Of a DNA stretch of 64,000 bases, positions 40,995 to 51,869 are shown piece after piece. Every line of letters starts with the position of its first letter. The first letter of the stretch is position 1. The stretch spans positions 224,001 to 288,000 of the forward strand of contig CBDBPB010000007.1 of the NCBI GenBank assembly GCA_965208615.1. The letters run 5' to 3'. Below the pieces are notes generated by a model. It was not told the origin of the DNA. It was given only the letters and a program-made list of their open reading frames with translations, and made no database searches. This stretch comes from Spirochaetota bacterium (GTDB lineage Bacteria > Spirochaetota > UBA6919 > CBDBPB01). The position numbers were made by a program, and so were the translations under genes.

Positions 40995-41921
40995 ATGAAA
41001 CTTTTGATAAAAAGCAAAAAGTTTATTAATATAGATAAAGGAATTTTATTATTTAATAAACCTAGTAATATGACTTCCAATTTTGCTATTCAGTGGTTAA
41101 AAAGGAGTTATGGTTTTGAGAAGATAGGCCATTGTGGAACATTGGATCCTATTGCAACCGGACTGTTAATTGTTTGTTTGGGAAAGGGAACTAAGTTATC
41201 GTCCTATTTTACTTTATTAGAGAAAGAGTATATTGCCCATATTCAGTTAGGACAAGAGACTGATAGCGATGATAGAACTGGTATAGTAACTAAAACTAGT
41301 TCTAAAAAGCTATCTAGGACTAAAGTATTAGAAGTATTAAATAAGTTTAGGGGGGAGATTATTCAAACTCCTCCTTTGTATTCTGCTATTAAAGTTAGTG
41401 GAAAACGAGCATATTCTTATGCTCGGCAGGGTAAGACTTGTGATATTCAACCTAGGAAGGTTAATATTTATAAATTAGAGCTTATTAGCTTTTATGATAA
41501 TATGCTTAGCCTTAGGATAGTATGTTCTAAAGGAACTTATATTAGGTCTTTGGCAAGGGATATTGGTCGTGAGCTAGGGGTATACGCTAATTTATTTGAT
41601 TTACTGCGTAGTGGGATTGGGCAATTTAGTATTTATGATAAAAGGTGTTTGAATTATGAGGATGTTGTTAATAATAAGCTTTTAAAAGATTTTATTATTA
41701 GCTTATCAGAGGCTCTTTATTTTATCCCGGCTATATGTGTTAGTGAGAGCGTAAAGGATAAAATACAAAAAGGTCAAAAGCTGGATAAAGAGCTTATTAG
41801 CCAATATAATGAACTTCATAACTACACTAAATTAAAGTTAATAGATAAAAATAATAACTTATTAGCTATTATTAACTCTGATTTAAGATATTTAAAAGTA
41901 TTTCCTTATGAAGATATATAA
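40995..41921 (+). CDS. truB: tRNA pseudouridine(55) synthase
   Basis: GHCGTLDPIATG, PPLYSAIK and CSKGTYIRSL. Confidence 0.96.
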   Translation: MKLLIKSKKFINIDKGILLFNKPSNMTSNFAIQWLKRSYGFEKIGHCGTLDPIATGLLIVCLGKGTKLSSYFTLLEKEYIAHIQLGQETDSDDRTGIVTKTSSKKLSRTKVLEVLNKFRGEIIQTPPLYSAIKVSGKRAYSYARQGKTCDIQPRKVNIYKLELISFYDNMLSLRIVCSKGTYIRSLARDIGRELGVYANLFDLLRSGIGQFSIYDKRCLNYEDVVNNKLLKDFIISLSEALYFIPAICVSESVKDKIQKGQKLDKELISQYNELHNYTKLKLIDKNNNLLAIINSDLRYLKVFPYEDI

Positions 41922-42825
41922 CAACTTGGATAGCATTCCAAAAACTGAAAAGGGGATAATTACTATAGGGACTTTTGATGGTTTTCATAGGGGGCATATA
42001 AAGATTATTGATCAGTTGCTGGCTGATAAAAAAAAAGAAAAAGGATATGAGACATTTGTAATTACTTTTACTAATCATCCTTTTGAGGTTATATACCCTG
42101 ATATTACACCGAAAAAACTAGCCCCTTTAGATTTAAAGATTAACTTTTTGCATAAAAAAGGCATAGATAATTTAATTTTAATTAACTTTACAAAAAAGTT
42201 TGCTAATATTACTCATCATAGTTTTTTCACTAAGTTGTTAGCTCCTTTTACTTTACTAAAACTGGTATTAGGCTATAATTTTCGTTTTGGTAAGGGTAAT
42301 AAAGGGGATGTTAACTTTTTACGTTGTCATGAAGATAATAATAGATTTTTTTTGGATGTGGTTGAGAAGGTTTTTTATGAAGGTCATGAGATATCCAGTA
42401 GTATAATAAGAGAGCTGATTAGAAATGGCGATATTTATCTTGCGAATAAAATGTTAAAAAGGGAATATTATATTGAGGGTAAGGCTTTGATTGGAGATAG
42501 AATAGGAAAAGATATAGGTTTCCCAACTATAAATATTGTTAATGATGATCAGGAGTATCCTAAGGATGGGGTGTATAAAACCAAAATAGAAATAAATAAT
42601 AAACTATATTCAAGTATGACATTTGTTGGCAAAAAGTCTATTGGTAATTATAGAAGAAAAACTATTGAAACCAATGTTTTTGATTTTAATCAAAATGTGT
42701 ATGACAAAAAAGTTAAGGTCTATTTTTTATCAAGAATGCGGAGTCAGATGGACTTTAACTCTTTAGACCACTTAAAAAGACAGTTAATTAAGGATAAAAA
42801 GGTTGCCTTAGAGTTGAATGAATAA
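41908..42825 (+). CDS. ribF: Bifunctional riboflavin kinase/FAD synthetase
   Basis: GTFDGFHRGH, ISSSIIR and GFPTIN. Confidence 0.95.
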   Translation: MKIYNNLDSIPKTEKGIITIGTFDGFHRGHIKIIDQLLADKKKEKGYETFVITFTNHPFEVIYPDITPKKLAPLDLKINFLHKKGIDNLILINFTKKFANITHHSFFTKLLAPFTLLKLVLGYNFRFGKGNKGDVNFLRCHEDNNRFFLDVVEKVFYEGHEISSSIIRELIRNGDIYLANKMLKREYYIEGKALIGDRIGKDIGFPTINIVNDDQEYPKDGVYKTKIEINNKLYSSMTFVGKKSIGNYRRKTIETNVFDFNQNVYDKKVKVYFLSRMRSQMDFNSLDHLKRQLIKDKKVALELNE

Positions 42826-42908
42826 ATATAATTTGCCGAGATTTATCTAATTATAGAAATTAAATAAAGTAGATATATAATGCATAAGTCTTAATATATG
42901 GAGGAAAT

Positions 42909-43178
42909 ATGGGATTAACAAAAGAAAAAAAACTTAAGATATTAGGGGAATATTGTCAACATGATAATGATACAGGCTCTCCTGAAGTGCAAGTTGCCTT
43001 GATAACAAATAGGATCAATGATTTGAATGAGCATTTTAAAGTTCATAAAAAAGATTTTCATTCCAGAAGAGGTCTACTTCAGCTTATTGGGCAAAGACGT
43101 AGACTGCTTAACTATCTTAAGAGAAAGAGCTTAACTAGATATCAAAAACTAATAGGTTCTCTTGGGTTAAGAAAATAA
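42909..43178 (+). CDS. rpsO: 30S ribosomal protein S15
   Basis: [10 protein letters not shown] and [11 protein letters not shown]. Confidence 0.98.
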   Translation: MGLTKEKKLKILGEYCQHDNDTGSPEVQVALITNRINDLNEHFKVHKKDFHSRRGLLQLIGQRRRLLNYLKRKSLTRYQKLIGSLGLRK

Positions 43179-43276
43179 TAACTGATTATTTTAAACTATA
43201 TTGTTAGCATTAAAAGCTAAATAAAGTTGGTTTATATAATTCTAATTGGTATATAAGGCGTATTAAGGAGTAAATA

Positions 43277-45376
43277 ATGGTTCACTCGGTAACACTAAAT
43301 ATTAACGGGAAAGATTTAATAATAGAAACAGGAAAACTGGCTAGACAGGCTAATGGATCGGTTACAATAAGTTATGGTGGAACCGTTGTTCTTACTACTG
43401 TATGCATAGCCCCTAAAGCTAATCTTAATATGGATTATTTTCCATTACAGGTAAATTATTCAGAAAAATATTATGCAGTTGGTAAAATACCAGGTGGCTT
43501 TATAAAACGGGAAGGAAGGGCTAAAGATAAAGAAATCTTAGTATCAAGATTAATTGATAGGCCTATAAGACCTTTATTTCCTGAGGGTTTTCGTAATGAG
43601 GTTCAGGTCTTGCCAACAACAATATCTGCTGATCAGGTTAATCCCCCTGATATATTGGGTATAATATCGGCTAGTGCGGCGTTGTGTATATCTGATTTGC
43701 CTTTTAATGGTCCTGTTGGTGCTGTTCGTGTGGGGCTTATAAATGGTAAATTAACTATTAATCCTACTTTTGAAGAAATTGGAGAAAGTGAACTTGACTT
43801 AATAGTTGCAGGTACTAAAAATGCTATTACTATGATCGAAGGCAGTGCTAAAGAGTTAACTGAAGATCAGATGCTTGATGCATTACGTTTTGCTCATGAT
43901 AATATAATTGAGGTTTGTAAAATCCAGGAGGACCTAGCTAGTAAATGTGCTAAGGATAAAATTGAGGTAACTCTTTTTACTATAGATGATGATATAAAAA
44001 AAGAGGTAACAGAGTTTATTTATGAGCCTATCAAAAATGCTTTTAAGTCTTCTGCTAAAAAGCTTGAAATGTATGATAGTTTAAATAAAATAAAAGAAGA
44101 AGCTGAACAGACTTTCTCTAGTAAGTTTGGTGAGGATAAAATACAGCAGATTAGGCAGGTATTTGAAGAAGTAGAACATGGTATAGTCCGTAGAATGATT
44201 ATTGATGAAGATCTTAGGGTGGATAGCCGTAAGCTTAATGAGATAAGGCCTATTTCTTGTGATATTGAGATATTACCCCGTACTCATGGTTCTGCATTAT
44301 TTACTAGAGGCGAAACTCAGAGCCTTGCAATCGTTACTCTTGGCACACACACTGATGTTCAACGTTTTGACGATCTTGATGGAGAGAGTTCAAAGCATTT
44401 TATGCTTCATTATAACTTTCCACCTTTTAGCGTTGGTGAGGTTGGTCGTGTTGGTGGAGTCGGTAGACGTGAGATTGGACATGGTTATTTGGCTGAAAAA
44501 GCTTTAGTTAACGTTTTACCCGATGAAGAGAGTTTTCCTTATACTATAAGGGTTGTGTCTGAGATATTGGAGTCTAATGGTTCATCATCTATGGCCAGTG
44601 TTTGTAGTTCTTCTATGGCTCTTTTGGATGCAGGGGTTCCTATATCAAAGGCTGTTAGTGGTATTGCTATGGGATTAGTTACTTTGGATGATAAATATAA
44701 GATTCTAACTGATATACAGGGTATAGAGGATCATTTGGGTGATATGGATTTTAAGGTAGCTGGTACTAGGGATGGTATTACGGCTTTTCAGTTAGACTTA
44801 AAAATGGAAGGTATTTCTTTTGATATTATGATTGATGCTTTTGAACAGGCAAAGACTGCAAGATTTGAAATATTGGATGCTATGGAAAATACTATTAAAG
44901 AAGTTAGCGAGACCTTGTCTCATTATGCTCCTAAGATTATATCTTATACAGTTAAAGAAAATAAAATAAAAGATGTTATTGGTCCAGGTGGGAAAACCAT
45001 TAAAGGTATAATTGAGAAAACTGGTGCTAATATTAATGTAGATGATTTTGGTAAGGTTACCATATCATCAAAGGATGAGTTAGCCGCTGAGAGTGCATAT
45101 AATATGGTTAAGGATATTATTACTGATGCAGAGATTGGCAAAATATATGATGGAACTGTTAAGCGTATTGTAGACTTTGGTGCATTTATAGAGATATTGC
45201 CTGGTAAAGAGGGCTTATGCCATATATCTAAAATATCAAGGGATAGAGTTAACAAGGTTGAGGATGTATTAAGTGTGGGAAAGTCTGTTAAGGTTAAAGT
45301 AATTGAGGTTGATAGGCAGAATAGAATTAAGTTAAGTATAAAGGATGCTGATAGGGCTAATGAAGGGAGAAGATAG
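43277..45376 (+). CDS. pnp: Polyribonucleotide nucleotidyltransferase
   Basis: RLIDRPIRPLF, RREIGHG, GDMDFKVAG, KH and S1 domains. Confidence 0.98.
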   Translation: MVHSVTLNINGKDLIIETGKLARQANGSVTISYGGTVVLTTVCIAPKANLNMDYFPLQVNYSEKYYAVGKIPGGFIKREGRAKDKEILVSRLIDRPIRPLFPEGFRNEVQVLPTTISADQVNPPDILGIISASAALCISDLPFNGPVGAVRVGLINGKLTINPTFEEIGESELDLIVAGTKNAITMIEGSAKELTEDQMLDALRFAHDNIIEVCKIQEDLASKCAKDKIEVTLFTIDDDIKKEVTEFIYEPIKNAFKSSAKKLEMYDSLNKIKEEAEQTFSSKFGEDKIQQIRQVFEEVEHGIVRRMIIDEDLRVDSRKLNEIRPISCDIEILPRTHGSALFTRGETQSLAIVTLGTHTDVQRFDDLDGESSKHFMLHYNFPPFSVGEVGRVGGVGRREIGHGYLAEKALVNVLPDEESFPYTIRVVSEILESNGSSSMASVCSSSMALLDAGVPISKAVSGIAMGLVTLDDKYKILTDIQGIEDHLGDMDFKVAGTRDGITAFQLDLKMEGISFDIMIDAFEQAKTARFEILDAMENTIKEVSETLSHYAPKIISYTVKENKIKDVIGPGGKTIKGIIEKTGANINVDDFGKVTISSKDELAAESAYNMVKDIITDAEIGKIYDGTVKRIVDFGAFIEILPGKEGLCHISKISRDRVNKVEDVLSVGKSVKVKVIEVDRQNRIKLSIKDADRANEGRR

Positions 45377-45381
45377 GGCTT

Positions 45382-46632
45382 TTGATTGAAAAGTATGTTT
45401 TAGATAATGGGATTCATGTTATTTGTGATGAGGTTAGTTTTTATAAAACCTTTTCTCTTGGATTTTGGGTTGGAGTTGGGTCTATTTATGAGGATGATTT
45501 AACTAATGGTTATACTCATTTTTTGGAACATGTTTTATTTAAGGGTACTAAGACTCGTAGTTATTTAGATATTTCAAAAGAGATTGATTGTGTTGGAGGC
45601 TATATAAATGCCTTTACTGAGCATGAAAGTACTTGTTTTTATGTTAACATGATGACTAAGTATACAAAGCTTGGAATAAATGTTCTTTGGGATATTATTA
45701 CTAATCCTACTATTGAATCCAATGAATTAGAAAAAGAGAAAATGGTAGTCTTAGAAGAGATTAATATGTATGAAGACTCTTCTGAAGACCTTGTTACTGA
45801 TTTATTCTTGGCTAGTACATGGAAAGGACATCCTATGGGTTATCCTATTTTAGGTAATAAGGATAACATTGATAAGATAGACAGATATAGTATAATAGAC
45901 TTCTACAAAAAACATTACTCTTCTGATAACATTACTATTTCAATTTCTGGTAATTTTGATAAGAAAGTTTTTATCAAAGAGATAGAGTGTTTATCATTTA
46001 GGATAGGAGAAAAGGCTTTTTATAAGCCAAAGTTAATAGAACCTAATTTTGGTATGGACTACAAATATAAAGAACTATTACAGTTATATTTTAATTTAGG
46101 TTTTAAGGCATTTAATCGCCATAATTCAAAACGTTATGTTCTATACTTGCTGACAATATTGTTAGGAGGTGGATCAAGTTCCAGGTTATTTGTTGAGGTA
46201 AGAGAAAAGCTTGGTTTATGTTATTCTATATATAGTTATCACAAGCTTTTTGAAGAAGACGGACTTATAGCTATTGCCTCATCCACAAGTGAGGATAAAT
46301 ATATTAGGGTATTAGAGGTTATTTGGCAGGAGATAGATAAACTTTGTAAATATGGTATAACTGAAGAAGAGCTTAATTTAGCTAAGGAACAGTTTATAGG
46401 CAATATTATTTTTGAACAAGAGAGCTTAGAGTTTAGAATGATTAGGAATGCAAAGTATGAGATTAAATATGGTTATCAATTACCTTATGAAGAGGCTATA
46501 TTAAATATTAAAAAGGTAAAGGTTGATGATGTAAACAATATTATTAATGAGTTGTTTAAGGTTGAATCATGTTCTATGTTTAGTTTGGGAGCTGTTGATA
46601 GAGTCGGTTTTATACCGAAAAAGATAGGTTAG
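45382..46632 (+). CDS. M16 family (pitrilysin-like) zinc peptidase
   Basis: HFLEH inverted zinc motif, INAFT and SSRLF.EVRE. Confidence 0.93.
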   Translation: MIEKYVLDNGIHVICDEVSFYKTFSLGFWVGVGSIYEDDLTNGYTHFLEHVLFKGTKTRSYLDISKEIDCVGGYINAFTEHESTCFYVNMMTKYTKLGINVLWDIITNPTIESNELEKEKMVVLEEINMYEDSSEDLVTDLFLASTWKGHPMGYPILGNKDNIDKIDRYSIIDFYKKHYSSDNITISISGNFDKKVFIKEIECLSFRIGEKAFYKPKLIEPNFGMDYKYKELLQLYFNLGFKAFNRHNSKRYVLYLLTILLGGGSSSRLFVEVREKLGLCYSIYSYHKLFEEDGLIAIASSTSEDKYIRVLEVIWQEIDKLCKYGITEEELNLAKEQFIGNIIFEQESLEFRMIRNAKYEIKYGYQLPYEEAILNIKKVKVDDVNNIINELFKVESCSMFSLGAVDRVGFIPKKIG

Positions 46633-46685
46633 TATAGTTTTACTTTTGGGGGTAAAGGCTATCTATTAAATATGAGGGAATTAAT

Positions 46686-48380
46686 TTGAATGATAAACAA
46701 AAAAAATTAAAGAAAAAAAAAGTAAGTTCTATAAAAATATTACCTCTTGGCGGGTGTAATGAAATTGGAAAGAATTGTACAGTTATAGAATATAAAGATG
46801 AGATAGTCGTTATTGATTGTGGGGTTATGTTCCCTGAGTCTGGGATGCACGGTATTGATCTTGTTATTCCTGATATGACTTATTTGTATAAAAACTCTAG
46901 TAAGGTAAAAGCTATTCTTCTTACCCATGGACACGAGGATCATATTGGTGCATTGCCATATTTAATTAAGATAGTTAATGCTCCTATATATGGTGGAAAG
47001 TTTACATTGGGCTTATTAGAGAATAGGCTTAAAGAACACGGACTCTTTGAGCAGGTTGAATTAAATATTACTGAATATAGAAAGCCTTTTAAAGTAGGAT
47101 CATTTAATATTGAGTTTGTTAAAACTACTCATAGTATTGCTGATAGTGCCGCTATATTACTTGATACTCCTTTGGGTAAGGTTTTGCATACTGGGGATTT
47201 TAAGATTGACCATTCTCCTATTGATGGAAAGCCATTCGATTTTTATCGATTTGCAGAGTTAGGAGAAAATGGTTTATTGGCTTTACTCTCTGATAGTACT
47301 AACATTAATAAGGATGGATATACCTTATCTGAGAAAGTTATTTATCAGGTATTAAGGGATGCATTTAGGCGTACAAAGGGACGTATTTTTATTGCTACTT
47401 TTGCCTCTAACATTCACAGAATTCAGATTGTCTTTGATGTTGCTAAAGAGTTTAATAAGAAAGTTGCTGTATCAGGGCGTAGTATGGAAGGAAATATACA
47501 GATTGCTAAAGAGCTTGGTTATTTAAGCTTTTCTGAAGATGTGCTTCATCCAATTGAAGACTTAAAAAGTATGTCTCGTAATCATACTGTACTTATTACT
47601 ACTGGTACTCAGGGTGAGCCTATGAGTGCTTTATCTCTTTTAGCAAATGAAAAACATAAGTGGTTAATGATTGAAAAAGGGGATATGGTAATAATTTCTG
47701 CTAGTGTTATACCCGGTAATGAGAAGGGTGTATCAAAGATCATTAACAGTCTTATGAAAGCAGGGGCAAACGTTATTTATGAGGCTATTGAGGATATTCA
47801 TGTTTCTGGACACGGTTGTAGAGAAGAGCTTAAAATGATGATTAGTCTTGTTAGGCCTAAGTTTTTTATACCTATTCACGGAGAATATCGTCATTTAGTT
47901 AATCATTCAAAGATGGCTAGTTTATTGGGTATACCTGAGAGTCGTATTCAGGTTTTAGAGAATGGGGATATGGTTGAAATCACTCCTAATAGTATGGTTA
48001 GGAGTGGATATATTGATTGTCAGCAGGTATTTGTTGATGGTAAGGGCGTTGGAGATATTGGTACTAAGGTAATTCGTGATAGACAGGTATTATCAGAGGA
48101 TGGTATTGTTGTTGTTATTGTTACTAACCAGCCTAAAAACGGTAAAAAGGTTTATAAGCCCGAGATTATATCTAGAGGTTTTGTTTATATTAAGGATTCA
48201 AGTGAGATTTTTAAAAAGGCCGAAAATCTAGTATTAGATATTGCAAAAGAGTATAGTAGTAATGGTTTAGAAAATGATTTTAATAGTTTTAATAATAAGA
48301 TTAGGATGACTCTTAGGGACTTCTTTTATAAAGAGACTCGGCGTAAGCCAATAATTATTACTAGGATAATTGAAAAGTAG
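46686..48380 (+). CDS. rnj: Ribonuclease J
   Basis: LGGCNEIGKN, THGHEDHIG, TGDFKID, HVSGH and PIHGEYRH. Confidence 0.95.
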   Translation: MNDKQKKLKKKKVSSIKILPLGGCNEIGKNCTVIEYKDEIVVIDCGVMFPESGMHGIDLVIPDMTYLYKNSSKVKAILLTHGHEDHIGALPYLIKIVNAPIYGGKFTLGLLENRLKEHGLFEQVELNITEYRKPFKVGSFNIEFVKTTHSIADSAAILLDTPLGKVLHTGDFKIDHSPIDGKPFDFYRFAELGENGLLALLSDSTNINKDGYTLSEKVIYQVLRDAFRRTKGRIFIATFASNIHRIQIVFDVAKEFNKKVAVSGRSMEGNIQIAKELGYLSFSEDVLHPIEDLKSMSRNHTVLITTGTQGEPMSALSLLANEKHKWLMIEKGDMVIISASVIPGNEKGVSKIINSLMKAGANVIYEAIEDIHVSGHGCREELKMMISLVRPKFFIPIHGEYRHLVNHSKMASLLGIPESRIQVLENGDMVEITPNSMVRSGYIDCQQVFVDGKGVGDIGTKVIRDRQVLSEDGIVVVIVTNQPKNGKKVYKPEIISRGFVYIKDSSEIFKKAENLVLDIAKEYSSNGLENDFNSFNNKIRMTLRDFFYKETRRKPIIITRIIEK

Positions 48381-48502
48381 TACTACTTTATAAAATTACT
48401 CAATATAGCTGTATAACGCGTTAGTTGTATAGCAAAAAGTACTCAATTATTTAGTAAGTATACCGATGGATAATTGATTAAAACTAAATTGAGTGTACTA
48501 TA

Positions 48503-50092
48503 ATGAGAAAAGTTATAATTTTGGTATCTTTTTTAATCTTATCAATAAGTTATGGGAAGAACCCTAAGATTATTAATCTTGGAAAGCTTAATGGATGGGG
48601 TTATCTTTACCATCAAAATACTAAATATCATAATGGTTTTGATGATAAAGATATTATACTAAAAGATAATGCTTATAGCCCTGATCATAATGTTGATTTA
48701 TTAATCCACTTTGATGGTAAGACCAATAAACCATGGACTAAAGATAAAAGCAATATAACTCGTAATTATAGTGTTAGAAAGAAGAGATTTTTATTTGACT
48801 CGAAAAATAAGGTATATGGAGAGTCAGCCGCTAAGTTTATCCACAATAATAGCACTATAAACCTAAGGCCTAAGGCTGGATCATGGTTTAATAGAACTAG
48901 TCATGCTGGAAGTTTTACAATAGAGTTTTGGTTAAATCCCTCCACTCTTAGTGATGAACAGGTAATACTAAAAAAATATGGTCCTATAATTGCTAATGGA
49001 CTTGTTGATAAATATAGTGGTATTATTTGCAAAATCAAAAATAGAAGGCTAAACTGGGAGTTTCATAATATGTTCCACTTAGCCAACTACTCTTATGATA
49101 AAAAGGATCAGTTAGTAAAAGAACTTGTTAAAATAACTAGTTATAGTCGTCTTAGGCAGTATAAGTGGATGCATCACGCTGTAACTTTTGATGCTCTTAG
49201 TGGAAAGATGATATATTATGTTAATGGCAAGGCTCAGAAGACTATTTTTATAACTGCATCAGGCCAGCCTTATGATACTATACTCACTCCTAAATTTCAC
49301 TCTGAAGAAAAGTCTTTGTTCATAATTGGTGAAAGGTTTTACGGCTTTATGGATGAGCTTATGATTTATACTGATTATAAGGTTCCTCATCCTCTTATAA
49401 TTAGGTATTCTGGTAAATATAAGGAAAAACAGTACTTTAAGACTAAGAAGTACTCATCTTTAGAGGGGCTGGTAACTAGTGGTATATTTGATCATAAGTT
49501 TACAGGATCATATTTAAAGCGGGTTAAGGTCAATGCTAGTGAGCTGGGTGGGAGTCAAATTGATATTTTATATAGGATGAGTGATAAATATTTTTCTCCT
49601 AGCGATAATTTATTAAAATGGCATGAGTTAAAGCAAAATGACATATCCTTTAGGATTAATAAAAGTCCAATGGGTCGATTCTTTCAGTGGAAGGCTATTT
49701 TAAAGAGCAGTTATGATGGTAAACACTCCCCCATACTTAAGGATATATCTTTTCATTTTGTTATAGACAATAATCCCTCGTCTCCAAAGGGGCTTACGGC
49801 CTATAGCAGCAGGGGTAAGGTATTCTTAAAATGGAAGGGTAATTTAGAAAGGGATATAAAAGAATATCGCATTTATTACGGGATTCATAAAGGAACATAT
49901 CTCGGAGAAGATAATAATATTAATACTAAGCCTATAACTATAGCCATAAATCAGCTAAGCAATAGAGTAGAGCCTTATTATGCTGTTCCAGGGTTATCTA
50001 TGAACCGTGTTTATTTCTTTGTTATTACTGCTGTGGATAAACATAATCATGAGAGTATTCCATCTGATGAGGTATCCATAAAGGTAAGATAG
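48503..50092 (+). CDS. Exported LamG-like jellyroll plus fibronectin type III protein
   Basis: Signal peptide; SFTIEFWL, WMHHAVTF and FYGFMDEL (LamG); PSSPKGL...W...YRIYYG...VITAVD..ES (FN3). Confidence 0.8.
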   Translation: MRKVIILVSFLILSISYGKNPKIINLGKLNGWGYLYHQNTKYHNGFDDKDIILKDNAYSPDHNVDLLIHFDGKTNKPWTKDKSNITRNYSVRKKRFLFDSKNKVYGESAAKFIHNNSTINLRPKAGSWFNRTSHAGSFTIEFWLNPSTLSDEQVILKKYGPIIANGLVDKYSGIICKIKNRRLNWEFHNMFHLANYSYDKKDQLVKELVKITSYSRLRQYKWMHHAVTFDALSGKMIYYVNGKAQKTIFITASGQPYDTILTPKFHSEEKSLFIIGERFYGFMDELMIYTDYKVPHPLIIRYSGKYKEKQYFKTKKYSSLEGLVTSGIFDHKFTGSYLKRVKVNASELGGSQIDILYRMSDKYFSPSDNLLKWHELKQNDISFRINKSPMGRFFQWKAILKSSYDGKHSPILKDISFHFVIDNNPSSPKGLTAYSSRGKVFLKWKGNLERDIKEYRIYYGIHKGTYLGEDNNINTKPITIAINQLSNRVEPYYAVPGLSMNRVYFFVITAVDKHNHESIPSDEVSIKVR

Positions 50093-50106
50093 CTTATTTA
50101 TAAAAA

Positions 50107-50136
50107 CTAAAAAGAGCCCATAGGGCTCTTTTTTAG
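50107..50136. terminator. Bidirectional intrinsic terminator between convergent genes
   Basis: aaaaagagccc-ata-gggctcttttt. Confidence 0.88.
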
Positions 50137-50804
50137 CTTAGTAGCAGTATTGCAGAGTTAGAATCTAGGTTTTTATGTGTTATTTCAGGAACACCCGTAC
50201 TTTTGATTGAATCTAATACCTCAGAGGCAGAAGACTCATTCATAGTACTAACCAACTGTTCGGATATTTCTTGACTCAAGTTATTTTTCAAATAATGTTT
50301 AACATTATCAATATTAGATGAAACTCTATAAATCTTATTGGACAGATCAATAGACCTTATAAAAGGCTTATAACTTGATGCAATACTGACATTTAATTCT
50401 TCAACACTCTTAACCAAACTATTTAAACTAGGAAAGTCTTTAGATAGTTTTGACATATCCTTATAAATAGAGTATAGAGACTGAAATATAGTTGACCTGT
50501 TATGAAAGATACTCGATTTATCTTTCATAAGCTCAAAGTCAACATTTTTTAAGTTATCTAATACTTTAGATAACTTATTAAGATTCACCTCAGTACTCTG
50601 AAGCCAAGATACTGAGTTTTGAATCTTACGATATTTTGCTAATTCTTTCAAATACTTAAATCTTAGGTTTAAAGTTTTTCTAAAAGGATCAACATTATTT
50701 TTTGATCCTTTATTTTCAAAAGAAACATCTGGATAGCCATCTTTTTTAAACTTACTTATTAAGATGGATAAATTACTAATTCTAGAATCATTTAATACTT
50801 GCAT
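50133..50804 (-). CDS. Diverged flagellin-like hypothetical protein
   Basis: QNSVSWLQSTEVNLNKLSKVLDNLK resembles the flagellin N-terminal helix; C-terminus SAILLLS; perfect RBS AAGGAGG. Confidence 0.55.
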   Translation of the reverse strand: MQVLNDSRISNLSILISKFKKDGYPDVSFENKGSKNNVDPFRKTLNLRFKYLKELAKYRKIQNSVSWLQSTEVNLNKLSKVLDNLKNVDFELMKDKSSIFHNRSTIFQSLYSIYKDMSKLSKDFPSLNSLVKSVEELNVSIASSYKPFIRSIDLSNKIYRVSSNIDNVKHYLKNNLSQEISEQLVSTMNESSASEVLDSIKSTGVPEITHKNLDSNSAILLLS

Positions 50805-50864
50805 ACTAGCCTCCTTAAGGATGATAGATAAACTAAAATCCCCTTGGCCTATACCAGCTTACCT

Positions 50865-51725
50865 TTATCGCAATAGTTGAAGAACTAAGCTAGGTTTTAC
50901 ATTTGCCTGAGCAAGCATAGAAGTTCCGGCTTGAAGAAGTATTTGATCTCTAGTCATTTTAATGGTTTCTTCTGCCATATCAGTATCACGGATTCGAGAT
51001 TCAGCTGCTTGAAGGTTTTCGTAACCGTTTAATAGTCCTTTAACTGCAAACTCAAGCCTATTCTGATATGCACCTAGGTCTGCTCTTTGCTTAGAGATTT
51101 TTCTTAAGGCTTCATCAAGGTCACCAATAGCCTTATTAGCCCTATCCTGAGTAGTTAATTCCATAAGCTCACCAGTACCTAATGCTTTTAATCCAAGGGC
51201 TTTGGCAGTCATTGTTCCAACGTAGACTCTTTCACGCTGATCCATATTAGCGCCAATGTGAAACCACATACTGGCAATAGCTGGAGTTGTTGGATTATCC
51301 TTTGCAAATCGACCAGTTAGCATATTAAGAGTGTTAAACTGTGCATGAGATGCAATACGATCCACCTCATCGATTAGTTGGGACACTTCTACTTGGATTT
51401 GCATTCTGTCTTCGGCAGTATAAATACCATTTGAGGCCTGTACAGCAAGTTCTCTAATTCTGTGGATAACATTTTGAGAGTTTTGCAAATAGCCTTCTGC
51501 AGTTTGGATAAAGGATATGTCATCTTCTGCATTCATTGCAGCTCTTCTAAGACCTCTTATTTGAGCTCTCATTTTTTCAGATACTGCTAATCCTGATGCA
51601 TCATCACCGGCTCTATTAATCCGCATGCCAGAAGAAAGCTTTTCAAGGCTCTTTTCAAGGCTAAGATTATTACTTTTGAGTTGGTTATGAGAAAAGATAG
51701 CACTTAAATTGTGATTGATAATCAT
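50865..51725 (-). CDS. flaB: Periplasmic flagellar filament core protein FlaB
   Basis: [54 protein letters not shown] and SRIRDTDMA; 286 aa. Confidence 0.97.
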   Translation of the reverse strand: MIINHNLSAIFSHNQLKSNNLSLEKSLEKLSSGMRINRAGDDASGLAVSEKMRAQIRGLRRAAMNAEDDISFIQTAEGYLQNSQNVIHRIRELAVQASNGIYTAEDRMQIQVEVSQLIDEVDRIASHAQFNTLNMLTGRFAKDNPTTPAIASMWFHIGANMDQRERVYVGTMTAKALGLKALGTGELMELTTQDRANKAIGDLDEALRKISKQRADLGAYQNRLEFAVKGLLNGYENLQAAESRIRDTDMAEETIKMTRDQILLQAGTSMLAQANVKPSLVLQLLR

Positions 51726-51807
51726 TAATTTCCTCCTTGAAATCGATCATCGTAGCGTCCTTATAAAGCAGCTTTCTCTAAATTGAATTGGTTTCCCATT
51801 GAGATAA

Positions 51808-51829
51808 GTAAACACATCCTTGCGTTTAC
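51808..51829 (-). promoter_or_regulatory. CsrA-type binding hairpin in the flaB 5' leader
   Basis: The minus strand reads GUAAACGC-AAGGAU-GUGUUUAC, an 8-bp stem with GGA in a hexaloop. Confidence 0.7.
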
Positions 51830-51869
51830 ACAGCTAAATGTTTAACCTTTATTTTAAGTATATACCAAA

